60,036 nt of DNA from a virus (Duplodnaviria > Caudoviricetes), in IMG/VR virus record IMGVR_UViG_3300020043_001303, positions 1 to 60,036 of that record. The stretch is one strand, 5' to 3'. The translations under genes and the position numbers were made by a program. The notes under the pieces are model-generated. The model was not told the DNA's origin. It made no database searches and worked only from the letters and a program-made list of their open reading frames with translations. Numbering within the stretch: position 1 is the stretch's first letter; each line of letters opens with the position of its first letter. Of this stretch, positions 46,402-53,858 are shown piece by piece.

Positions 46402-46631
46402 CTAAATCCTGCCGTTTTCTTTGCTATTGCTTTGGGCTGCGCTACGAACTGTTTGCCAGAGGCTTTGCCAGCGCGTTTTGCACGGGTTGTAGCCGCGTAT
46501 TCTTGGGGAGATAAGGACTTGATAGCTGCTTCAGGCAAATATCGCTCACCCGTCTTACTTGACGGTTTACCAGATTTAGTGCGCCACTTCTGGTCGCCCC
46601 AGTCCTTAAGCGATTTCTGAGGAGCTTTCAA
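46398..46631 (-). CDS. small basic protein
   Basis: Q.SLK.W..QKWRTKSGKPS..TGERYLP. Confidence 0.7.
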   Translation of the reverse strand: MKAPQKSLKDWGDQKWRTKSGKPSSKTGERYLPEAAIKSLSPQEYAATTRAKRAGKASGKQFVAQPKAIAKKTAGFR

Positions 46632-46903
46632 TCTCTATAACCCCCGCCAGCTTCCTTGTACTTCTTGGCAACTAGCTGCGCTTTACGTGCTGACCACTGA
46701 CCTGCGCCAGTGCCATGAGTATCCGCAGCTTTAACTTGCGCCACAATCCGCTTACGCAGATCAGGTTTTGTGTAGTTACCAGCAGCATTTACTTTACCAC
46801 CTTCAGCGTACTGCGTGAAGTCAGTATCATCACGGCGAGCCTTACGGACGCCTTTGGGCATTTTGCTGGGGGAAATAGCCCCCATTCCACGGCTCGCCAT
46901 CAT
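46628..46903 (-). CDS. small basic protein (DUF5872-like)
   Basis: NYTKP.LRKRI...GQWSARKAQL.AKKYK.AGGGY. Confidence 0.7.
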   Translation of the reverse strand: MMASRGMGAISPSKMPKGVRKARRDDTDFTQYAEGGKVNAAGNYTKPDLRKRIVAQVKAADTHGTGAGQWSARKAQLVAKKYKEAGGGYRD

Positions 46904-46905
46904 GA

Positions 46906-47157
46906 TTACATCTTTCCGCCGCCGCACATGACCATAGTGCCACGAGTTTTACCTCGCTGAGCAATACCATCAGCACGTTTGGAAGCAGTCATGCCACCTT
47001 TAGCATAGCCACGCTGACCACGAACAGCGTCACGCGGGTCTTTTTTCTCAGGTGCATAGCTGGTGCTAGTCAAAGACTTGGAATAAGCCTTCTCAGTAGC
47101 ATCTTGCATCTTACGCTCGGCCATTTCTTCGCGAGCTTGTTTTTCTGCTGGACTCAT
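46906..47157 (-). CDS. small basic protein
   Basis: YAKGG..ASKRADGIAQRGKTRG. Confidence 0.7.
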   Translation of the reverse strand: MSPAEKQAREEMAERKMQDATEKAYSKSLTSTSYAPEKKDPRDAVRGQRGYAKGGMTASKRADGIAQRGKTRGTMVMCGGGKM

Positions 47158-47172
47158 GAGAGCCTCCTTAAA

Positions 47173-47475
47173 TTAGCACTTGCCGCCTTTTTTCATGCCC
47201 TTGTTACCGGCCATGACGATTTGCTTGCCTTTGGTCTTGCCTTTTGTAGCGACACCATCACGGCTAGGAGCCGCTGTCTTAACTTTGCCCATTGGAGTAG
47301 GAGCAACTTTCTTTTCTGTAGCCATAATTTCACCACCTTGTTTAAATTTGCGGCCCTTGTCCGCTTGATTGAACTCTTTGCCCACTGATTGTGGGACGCC
47401 TGCTTTCTTAGCAAACGCTGGGTTGTTAGCCACCGCTGCCATGAAATTGTGTTGTTTTTTACTAACTGAGGGCAC
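47173..47475 (-). CDS. small basic protein
   Basis: MPS.SKKQHNFMAAVANNP.FAKK.G.PQSVG.EF..ADKG; DG.A.KGKTKG; GTG start. Confidence 0.7.
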   Translation of the reverse strand: MPSVSKKQHNFMAAVANNPAFAKKAGVPQSVGKEFNQADKGRKFKQGGEIMATEKKVAPTPMGKVKTAAPSRDGVATKGKTKGKQIVMAGNKGMKKGGKC

Positions 47476-47710
47476 TTCTTTGCTCCTTCATGAAGTCGTC
47501 GATTTTGCTCTCAAGCCGATCTAAACGAGACAATACCCGATTTATATCGGCGTGCATATCGTTTTTAGTAACAAATTTTTCCGCGTTTTCTTCGCGGGTT
47601 TTACTTAGCAGAATGCCAAGGCGTTTCACTTCATCGTGAGACACCTTTACCCAAAGCATCAGAAGACCTGATGCAAAGGATAATACGACATTCCAAATCA
47701 TCAGTTCCAT
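47462..47710 (-). CDS. N-terminal TM plus coiled-coil protein
   Basis: Hydrophobic N-terminus then LL.KTREE...RLDRLESKID. Confidence 0.65.
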   Translation of the reverse strand: MELMIWNVVLSFASGLLMLWVKVSHDEVKRLGILLSKTREENAEKFVTKNDMHADINRVLSRLDRLESKIDDFMKEQRSALS

Positions 47711-47711
47711 A

Positions 47712-47957
47712 TCAGCAATTCCAAGCCCTAAGAGCCTTGTTTATGCGTGAGTTTGGGTCGTTGGCGGTTTTCGCGCTGGTGAGCTTCTTCTTCATGCCGC
47801 CCATCCTCGCACAGAAAGAGTCGCGCCGGGAGCCGCCTTCGGGCTGGGGCGGTTTCAAATTCATGCCTTGCTTTTTCGCGGAGGCCCGCCCCTTGGCGTT
47901 CAAGCCGCCCTTCTCCGATTTGCCTTCTTTCCTCTGCCATGCTGGTGACTTAGCCAT
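47712..47957 (-). CDS. small basic protein (DUF6321-like)
   Basis: GGLNAKGRAS...NLKPP...RR.SFCARM.GMKKK...DPNSRINKALR.W.C. Confidence 0.7.
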   Translation of the reverse strand: MAKSPAWQRKEGKSEKGGLNAKGRASAKKQGMNLKPPQPEGGSRRDSFCARMGGMKKKLTSAKTANDPNSRINKALRAWNC

Positions 47958-48687
47958 TTGCTACTTTCAGTTTGGTCTTACGGATGGCCTCAAGTAGAGG
48001 CACGACGACTTCTTCACGGAAGTTATTCTCGAACGTATCTGTGCCAACGTGTGGCAAGCTGATGTCCACATCAGCGTAAATCTTGAAACCATGCTCGCGT
48101 GCGCGGTCACAGAACAAATAGTCTTCGCCAAGGTAGTGGTCGTCAATGATCTTGAAATCAAACACACCACACACTTGCTCGCCCTTGAAGTTATAGAACC
48201 ACTCAGGATGCGATGTAACCATCGTCTCTAGGACGTGGCGTTGAATTAACATAAAACCCGTGCCAACGCGCTTTAAACGCATCAGGGAGCCGTCAAACTC
48301 AAGGTCTTCATTCTCGTCAAAGTACAGATCAGCAAAGAAGTTACGGTCTTTGGACCTGCGTGGGTACATACCAGCGGTAATGTCTTTATCCCCACTCTGC
48401 GCCATCAAGCGCAAGATGTCATCAGCCGTAGCGATAACATCGGAATCAATAAACAGCAGCTCTGTGGCGTCGGACTTCAGGAACTCATGCACCAATTGGT
48501 TTCTAGCCATGGTGATGATTGAGCACCCAGACACATCGCCCATATTGACGGACACACCAAACTGCAACGCCTTGGGCATTAACGCCGCAATGTTGTACGC
48601 AAGTTTGATGTTAATTTTGCCGTCATACGCAGGGATCGCAATAAACAACTTGCGACCTGCCAGAACTGCTTGTTTTGTTTCAGCCAT
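47950..48687 (-). CDS. GT-A fold glycosyltransferase-like protein
   Basis: FIAIPAY, S.I..ARN, LLFIDSD (DxD), GTGFMLI, GEDY.FC, H.G. Confidence 0.75.
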   Translation of the reverse strand: MAETKQAVLAGRKLFIAIPAYDGKINIKLAYNIAALMPKALQFGVSVNMGDVSGCSIITMARNQLVHEFLKSDATELLFIDSDVIATADDILRLMAQSGDKDITAGMYPRRSKDRNFFADLYFDENEDLEFDGSLMRLKRVGTGFMLIQRHVLETMVTSHPEWFYNFKGEQVCGVFDFKIIDDHYLGEDYLFCDRAREHGFKIYADVDISLPHVGTDTFENNFREEVVVPLLEAIRKTKLKVANG

Positions 48688-48967
48688 AGAACACCGTTGC
48701 TGCGCTTACGTTAGACAAGTCTATGTAAATACCGCTGGAGAACAAAATACCTTCGCCCGGCATCAAAACGTAGATAGTAAAAGTGTCGCTTGTGCCAACA
48801 TCAAGTTCGCACAAAATTGCGCCGCTCGCACCGCCATTACGCAGCTTTACGTACCCATCAGTACCGTTGCCTCGATATGACAAAGCCTTAAAGCGATTTC
48901 GTCCTAGGCCGGCAATGTTGCCACTTGCCGTTACGTGCTGCGACTTAACGTCTGTTTGCATCGTCAT
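48680..48967 (-). CDS. small virion structural protein
   Basis: MQTDVKS...PGEGILF..GIY......TVFYG. Confidence 0.65.
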   Translation of the reverse strand: MTMQTDVKSQHVTASGNIAGLGRNRFKALSYRGNGTDGYVKLRNGGASGAILCELDVGTSDTFTIYVLMPGEGILFSSGIYIDLSNVSAATVFYG

Positions 48968-48981
48968 AATCAATCTCCTTT

Positions 48982-49002
48982 AAAACGGGGGCCGAAGCCC
49001 CC
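48982..49002 (-). terminator. intrinsic terminator, cUUCGg loop
   Basis: GGGGGC-TTCG-GCCCCC-GTTTT on minus strand. Confidence 0.75.
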
Positions 49003-49010
49003 AAGATCAA

Positions 49011-49511
49011 TTAAGCGTTTTGCTGACCGAATGTTGGATCAACAACGTAGTACAAGATCGTACCAGTGATAGTGCCACCTGTAGGAGCATCACCAGAAGT
49101 ACCGCCGCCGGTGATTGTCACCAAGCTAGTTGTAGACATTGTGGTGCCCAAGTTAGCGCCAGCAGTAGCAGAAGCTTGGTTAATAACCAGCTTGCCTGTG
49201 GTAGCAACAGCAGCAGACACCAAGCCAGTGTTCGTAGCGGTAGAAGTACCGTACAAAGTGAAGCCCATGTCAAATGTAGGAGTTGTGCCGCCAGTAGCAG
49301 CGCAGATTGCTTGAATCTCAACAACGACTGCACCAGCGGGAAGAACCACTGCGGGAGCGCCAGAAGCTGAAGAAACTTTAACGGATGTGCCAGCAGCAGA
49401 AGCGCCAGAAATGTAGAAGCGTGCGGCCATCAAGCCGGTGCCAGCATAAGCGGTGCGAGTCTGATCGCCGCCACCTGAACGCCAAATACTCTGTGTGGTA
49501 GAAATTGCCAT
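49011..49511 (-). CDS. putative capsid decoration / minor structural protein
   Basis: 166 aa Thr/Ala/Gly-rich beta protein (LPAGAVV...) downstream of capsid gene. Confidence 0.6.
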   Translation of the reverse strand: MAISTTQSIWRSGGGDQTRTAYAGTGLMAARFYISGASAAGTSVKVSSASGAPAVVLPAGAVVVEIQAICAATGGTTPTFDMGFTLYGTSTATNTGLVSAAVATTGKLVINQASATAGANLGTTMSTTSLVTITGGGTSGDAPTGGTITGTILYYVVDPTFGQQNA

Positions 49512-49525
49512 GATAAATTGTCCTT

Positions 49526-49593
49526 ACATACAAGATCAGCGCATCAATCGGTATGTCGTTTGCCGGGTCAATTTGATGCACCGGGAACCCCGG
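49526..49593 (-). ncRNA. kissing-loop RNA element (candidate Mu-gpT-DE-like motif)
   Basis: Hairpins CCGGG/CCCGG and ACATAC/GTATGT whose loops (CGGTGCATCAA, TTGATGCGCTG) form an 11-bp duplex; abuts AAGGA RBS. Confidence 0.6.
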
Positions 49594-49608
49594 AATGTTG
49601 TGTTTATA

Positions 49609-50211
49609 TCATGGTGCATCCGAGCTTGCAAGAAGTTTGTTGGACTTCTTTAAATTTTCTTCTTGCGTGATTACGCGCAAGTTCCATGGCACATGCAGGC
49701 CACACACGTCTTCACCCTGCAATGGAATTTCGTGATCCACAGCGTGTCGTACGCCCGTTGCCCGACTTAACTCAATAGCCAAACGGTACTTTAACCGTAT
49801 CTCCATCTTCTGCGCGTCAGTCAACCATTTGGGTGTGGCGTCCCGAAAGCGCCTACGACGAAAACTAACAAGCGTACGGTAGTAATCAGGATTCTCTTGT
49901 TTGTGCTTCTGTTTGTATTGCGTCTTGGCGGCATCTGGACGACTTTGTGCCCGAGCTATTACTGCGTCTTTGTTCTGAGCGTAGTATTTTTGTTTGGCTT
50001 GTTTTCCTGCGTCAGACTGGTTGTACTCACGGAAGTAGTCAGCACGGGTTTCGTTGCCTTTTGTCCACTCAACTTTCAAGCATTCGATGCAGGCACCTTT
50101 GGTTTTGCGTGCTGCTATGTGCCCATGTTTGCAGGGAAGTCCAGTGAAGTAATACTTACTGCCGGTTTTCTTGGCTTCTTCGCGGGTCTTGGGTAGGTTT
50201 GTGGTATCCAT
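49609..50211 (-). CDS. free-standing HNH endonuclease
   Basis: YFTG.PCKHGH...CIEC; VDHEIPLQG..VCGLHVPWNLRVIT..EN..KSNK. Confidence 0.88.
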   Translation of the reverse strand: MDTTNLPKTREEAKKTGSKYYFTGLPCKHGHIAARKTKGACIECLKVEWTKGNETRADYFREYNQSDAGKQAKQKYYAQNKDAVIARAQSRPDAAKTQYKQKHKQENPDYYRTLVSFRRRRFRDATPKWLTDAQKMEIRLKYRLAIELSRATGVRHAVDHEIPLQGEDVCGLHVPWNLRVITQEENLKKSNKLLASSDAP

Positions 50212-50239
50212 CTCAGCCTCATTTGTTACGATACCGGTA

Positions 50240-50250
50240 ATTGTACCACA
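50240..50250 (-). promoter_or_regulatory. extended -10 promoter TGTGGTACAAT
   Basis: Immediately downstream of capsid terminator; similar to TGTGGTATATT at 58716-58726. Confidence 0.5.
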
Positions 50251-50275
50251 AAAGAAAAGGGGCCGAAGCCCCTTG
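50251..50275 (-). terminator. intrinsic terminator after major capsid gene
   Basis: AAGGGGC-TTCG-GCCCCTT-TTCTTT. Confidence 0.85.
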
Positions 50276-50290
50276 TCAAATCTCGGAAGA

Positions 50291-51199
50291 TTAGGCGCCG
50301 GGAGAGCCAAAAATGCCGAGTGGGTCTGAAACGCCGAAGCTATAACGCTCACGAGCCTTATAACGAACGTTTCCAGTGTCGAAATCTCCGTCCATGCCGG
50401 TAGACATAGGAGTACGAACGAAGTGCTTCAAACCGTTAGGCACGTCTGTCAACAGGAACCAAGCATTGGTGTCTGTCAAGAAGTGGTTAACAGTGTAGCC
50501 TTCAGGGATAGAACCGTTGTTCTTCAATGCGTTGATGTCGTTGTCATTTGTGCCAACACGCAATTCTGTTTCCAGCAAACGTGTAGCAACGAACATCAGG
50601 CTTGGGGGAACAACCAGCTTCTTAGGCTTAGCAGCGATCAACAAACCACGCTCGTCTGTCCAAGCAGCGATCTGAATAACAGCGTTTTCCAACGATGTTT
50701 CGTTCAAGTCGGCAGGAGTTGAAGGTGTGTTGCTGTTAGTGCCACCGGAGACCAAGGGGTGTGCTGTTGAGCACAAAACTTGACCGTCGCCGTATGTTGG
50801 GCCACCGCTGAAAGCGTTGTTCAACACGTAAGCAGCCTTAACTTGCTTGGTGTAAGCCATACCACGGGCCAAAGCCTTGGTATAACGTGAAGACAAGCTG
50901 TCATACAAGTTATCTTCCACAGCTTCCTCAGTGATGGAGAAGCCCATCGCAATGGTTTCGTGGGTGTAACGTGCAGTCCATGCTTCTTGTGCGTTGTCAT
51001 ACTGAATGGCAGAGCCCTCGTTCTTGACAGGTGCAGCAGAGAAGCCAGAAAGCTTTGTCTCTTCTTCGAAGCTACGCTCAGATGACTCTGTTTCGTAGAT
51101 TTCTTTGTGCTCTTCGCCGTATTTAGCGTACTCAAGACCGAACAATGCGTTCAGACCGGGGAGCAACTCTTTAAGTAGTTGTGCGCGTGAAATAGCCAT
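50291..51199 (-). CDS. major capsid protein (HK97 fold, Mu gpT-like family)
   Basis: MAISRAQLLKELLPGLNALFG.EY...SFEEE..LSGF..APVK.EG...GNVRYKARERYSFG.SDP. Confidence 0.9.
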   Translation of the reverse strand: MAISRAQLLKELLPGLNALFGLEYAKYGEEHKEIYETESSERSFEEETKLSGFSAAPVKNEGSAIQYDNAQEAWTARYTHETIAMGFSITEEAVEDNLYDSLSSRYTKALARGMAYTKQVKAAYVLNNAFSGGPTYGDGQVLCSTAHPLVSGGTNSNTPSTPADLNETSLENAVIQIAAWTDERGLLIAAKPKKLVVPPSLMFVATRLLETELRVGTNDNDINALKNNGSIPEGYTVNHFLTDTNAWFLLTDVPNGLKHFVRTPMSTGMDGDFDTGNVRYKARERYSFGVSDPLGIFGSPGA

Positions 51200-51212
51200 G
51201 GTAAGTTACTCC

Positions 51213-51827
51213 TTAAACACCAGTAGTGTCAGTGTACTGGTGCAAGTTGAACTTGACCAAGAACTCGTAATAAGTCGTCGCAGCCACGTTAGCAGCGCCA
51301 GTGGCTGTATCGGGGATCACGTCGATTACACGAACGGGAAGGGTTGCAGTAGTGCCAGCAGAAGCGCCGTCGATACCGTAGTAGGAATCGCCAGTGTTTG
51401 TAGAGCCGACGTTTACAGACAAAGCAACGTTAGAACCAACCAATGCACGGCTGAAAGCTGTAGGCACGGTAGTCTGGCCGCTGGTTGCCACAACACGGAA
51501 GACCGCGTTGGGATCATCCACAACAAAGCCAAAGGCCAATTGTGTAGATGTGGACTGGCTAGCAGGGTAGTACTGACCATTGGTGAATTGACCGCTGGAA
51601 TTTGTGTAGCTGCAACCAACCAAAACGCCGACGCTGTCGCCAGAGTTAGATGTGGTGTTAGCAATCAAATAACCATCAGTGTTCACCTGAACGGTGTCAC
51701 CATTGAGAATTGCAGTAGCGTAGCCAGCTGCAATAGGGATTTGACGGATCGCTCCGGCGTAGGGCAGACCATCCAGTCGGTTGACTGGCTTCAGACCATA
51801 CGTCTTTGAAACGGTAGGATATGCCAT
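51213..51827 (-). CDS. capsid-associated protein
   Basis: YGLKPV...I..GD.V...GVLVGC.Y...VVDDPN.VF; precedes capsid gene. Confidence 0.7.
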   Translation of the reverse strand: MAYPTVSKTYGLKPVNRLDGLPYAGAIRQIPIAAGYATAILNGDTVQVNTDGYLIANTTSNSGDSVGVLVGCSYTNSSGQFTNGQYYPASQSTSTQLAFGFVVDDPNAVFRVVATSGQTTVPTAFSRALVGSNVALSVNVGSTNTGDSYYGIDGASAGTTATLPVRVIDVIPDTATGAANVAATTYYEFLVKFNLHQYTDTTGV

Positions 51828-51844
51828 TTAAGACTCCAAAAAAG

Positions 51845-52303
51845 TTAAATACCTTTTCCGAAAGTGACCGTGGACTTACGTTCTTTGAACATAGGCATCC
51901 TCGGATCATTCTCGCGCATGTAAGTGTTATCCACAGAATTCATCTGAGCTTCCGCTTGATTGCGGTAGTAATCATTACGTTGTTCTGTAAATTCCACAGG
52001 TGTTTTGCAAAGCAGCAAACCGCCTACTTCCACACAGTCAGGGAACTTCGGATTTGAAGAACCAAACAGGCGGATTTCGGGATGGTCAGCAGCCCTAACG
52101 GGTTCCCAGCCTTCGCGTAATTTTCCAGAAATGTTAGTGGCGTCGTCTTTGCCCAACGATGCAATCCTGATCCAGCGGTACGCATAACCCGGTTCCGGTG
52201 TGGGATCGGGCAGAAGTTGCGGAGGCATCCATTGTTTTGGACGCTCAGCTTTTTCGCGTGTCTCAAGTTCGCGTGGTGCGCGGTTAGATTTTTCCATTTT
52301 CAT
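51845..52303 (-). CDS. conserved head-module protein
   Basis: PGYAYRWIR...D..N....REGWEPV...GGLLLCK. Confidence 0.7.
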   Translation of the reverse strand: MKMEKSNRAPRELETREKAERPKQWMPPQLLPDPTPEPGYAYRWIRIASLGKDDATNISGKLREGWEPVRAADHPEIRLFGSSNPKFPDCVEVGGLLLCKTPVEFTEQRNDYYRNQAEAQMNSVDNTYMRENDPRMPMFKERKSTVTFGKGI

Positions 52304-53253
52304 TTCCTCATTTCTTCAGCAACCTTACGGGCGTACAGTTCCAATGGAACTCCCAACCGCTTGGCGAGATTCACCTGTGTCTGCGTCAGCACGATCTTTT
52401 TAGGCGCTGTGCTACGGGTTGCAGGTGCAACTACGTTGGATTTGGTACGTTGAGGTTTCGCATCAACGGACTCTTCGGCTCCAAACTGCTCCGAGAATCT
52501 TTCCCTCATGTCAGCGTCGATACGTCGATAGTATTCGTCACTGCCAGTCGGTATTCCTTCACCTACTAAGTCCTCATGCAAGCCGAGGGCATAAGCTGTC
52601 ATCCGTTTATTGCTTCCAAACCACTGATTTTTGTCTTGCCAAGCAAGTAGTTTTTCGTCAACGGGTTCAGCTTTAGTAGGCTGTTGTGTGATTTGTACAG
52701 GAGTTTCGTCAACCTGTAAAGGGGCTGGACGAAAATTATTTACTTTATCTGCACGAATCTTTGCAGCAGTCAAGGCTTCTTGAGCCTCAACCAGCTTCTC
52801 AGCATCGCCAGCTTCGTAAGCTTCTCTGTATAAACGCTTGGCTTCTTCCACCTCAGCGGTCACAGATTTCTTAGCCTGTTCCAGCAGTGCAGTCTGGCCT
52901 TGATTGACAGAACCTTTGAGCTTTTTGTTCTCTTCGATTACTGCCTGAGCCAACTTCAGAGCTTCTTCTTTCTCACGTTCTGCCGCTTCTTTAGCACGGC
53001 GCTCTTCGTGATAGCCCTTGGTGAAGTGCTTAATACGCTTCTGTACACCTTCGTCGTATTTAGCCAACTCTTCGTCTGTCACCTCTTTGGGAGGATCAAT
53101 CATGGGCTTGCGGCCACGGTCTTCTGGAGGCGTGTCGTCTACAACTTCAATTGCAGTTTCGCCTTCACCCTCAATTTCAAAGTCGAATTTGTCATCGGCT
53201 TTTGCCTCTGTCTTTTTCTCTTCGTCGGGGAATTTAAATTCTTCTGTTGCCAT
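52300..53253 (-). CDS. capsid scaffolding protein
   Basis: Acidic N-terminus, long coiled coil, W...N.WFG, LT.TQV.LAKRLGV..E.YA. Confidence 0.75.
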   Translation of the reverse strand: MATEEFKFPDEEKKTEAKADDKFDFEIEGEGETAIEVVDDTPPEDRGRKPMIDPPKEVTDEELAKYDEGVQKRIKHFTKGYHEERRAKEAAEREKEEALKLAQAVIEENKKLKGSVNQGQTALLEQAKKSVTAEVEEAKRLYREAYEAGDAEKLVEAQEALTAAKIRADKVNNFRPAPLQVDETPVQITQQPTKAEPVDEKLLAWQDKNQWFGSNKRMTAYALGLHEDLVGEGIPTGSDEYYRRIDADMRERFSEQFGAEESVDAKPQRTKSNVVAPATRSTAPKKIVLTQTQVNLAKRLGVPLELYARKVAEEMRK

Positions 53254-53263
53254 GATTTATTCC

Positions 53264-53668
53264 TTAGTTAGGGCGTTGGATACCACGGGGGTCTTGCACA
53301 ACAGCCTGAACAGAGTCATCATTGATGAGTCTCCATTCTGTACCATGAATCTTCATGCGGGTTCCCGTGTTAGGACGTACTAACACAAAGTCACCAACTT
53401 TGCAGCTTGGGCCAGATGGGAATCTGGTCGCGTCTTTGAACGCATCGGGGCCAATCTTTGCAACGAATAAAACGGGGGAGAGAAGCTCCTCGTTGTACAT
53501 CATTTGCGCAGATTTAACGATCCCAGACTCGCTCAGTTCTTCGTCTGCCTTGGGCAACATACACAGCAAGTGATATGTCGCTGGATCAGGCACTTGTTTA
53601 GCTTTTTCCTCAGCATTGGCGTTTAGCAGCCCGCTCAGGTCGACAGCCTTAACATCGAATTCAGTCAT
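53264..53668 (-). CDS. groES: GroES-like co-chaperonin
   Basis: P..Y.LL...SGI...V.K.GPDA...CKVGDFVL...GT...G.E.RLINDD.V.AVV. Confidence 0.8.
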   Translation of the reverse strand: MTEFDVKAVDLSGLLNANAEEKAKQVPDPATYHLLCMLPKADEELSESGIVKSAQMMYNEELLSPVLFVAKIGPDAFKDATRFPSGPSCKVGDFVLVRPNTGTRMKIHGTEWRLINDDSVQAVVQDPRGIQRPN

Positions 53669-53858
53669 CTTCATAGTCCTTAGTTTTTCGCACGAGGTCA
53701 GCAATTTCCATCTGTGCGGTTTGCAGACCCCGGATAGTCCCGCACAGTTCTTTGTAGTGCTCGTGGGATTTCGCTCCACCAGCACTTACAACATCAACCA
53801 ACTGCTTGATATGTTCATCAAGCTTGCTGTCTAACACTTCAAGCAGATTGGCCATCAT
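53661..53858 (-). CDS. hypothetical protein
   Basis: G.AKS.E.YK..CG.IRGL motif between portal and GroES. Confidence 0.7.
   Translation of the reverse strand: MMANLLEVLDSKLDEHIKQLVDVVSAGGAKSHEHYKELCGTIRGLQTAQMEIADLVRKTKDYEDD

Noticed and set aside
49526-49593. HDV-like or twister ribozyme
   Set aside because: The helix order is that of two kissing hairpins, not a nested double pseudoknot, and catalytic consensus residues were not recognised.
50212-50352. N-terminal extension of the HNH ORF to 50352
   Set aside because: It overlaps the capsid gene end and its terminator; the GAGG RBS supports ATG at 50211.
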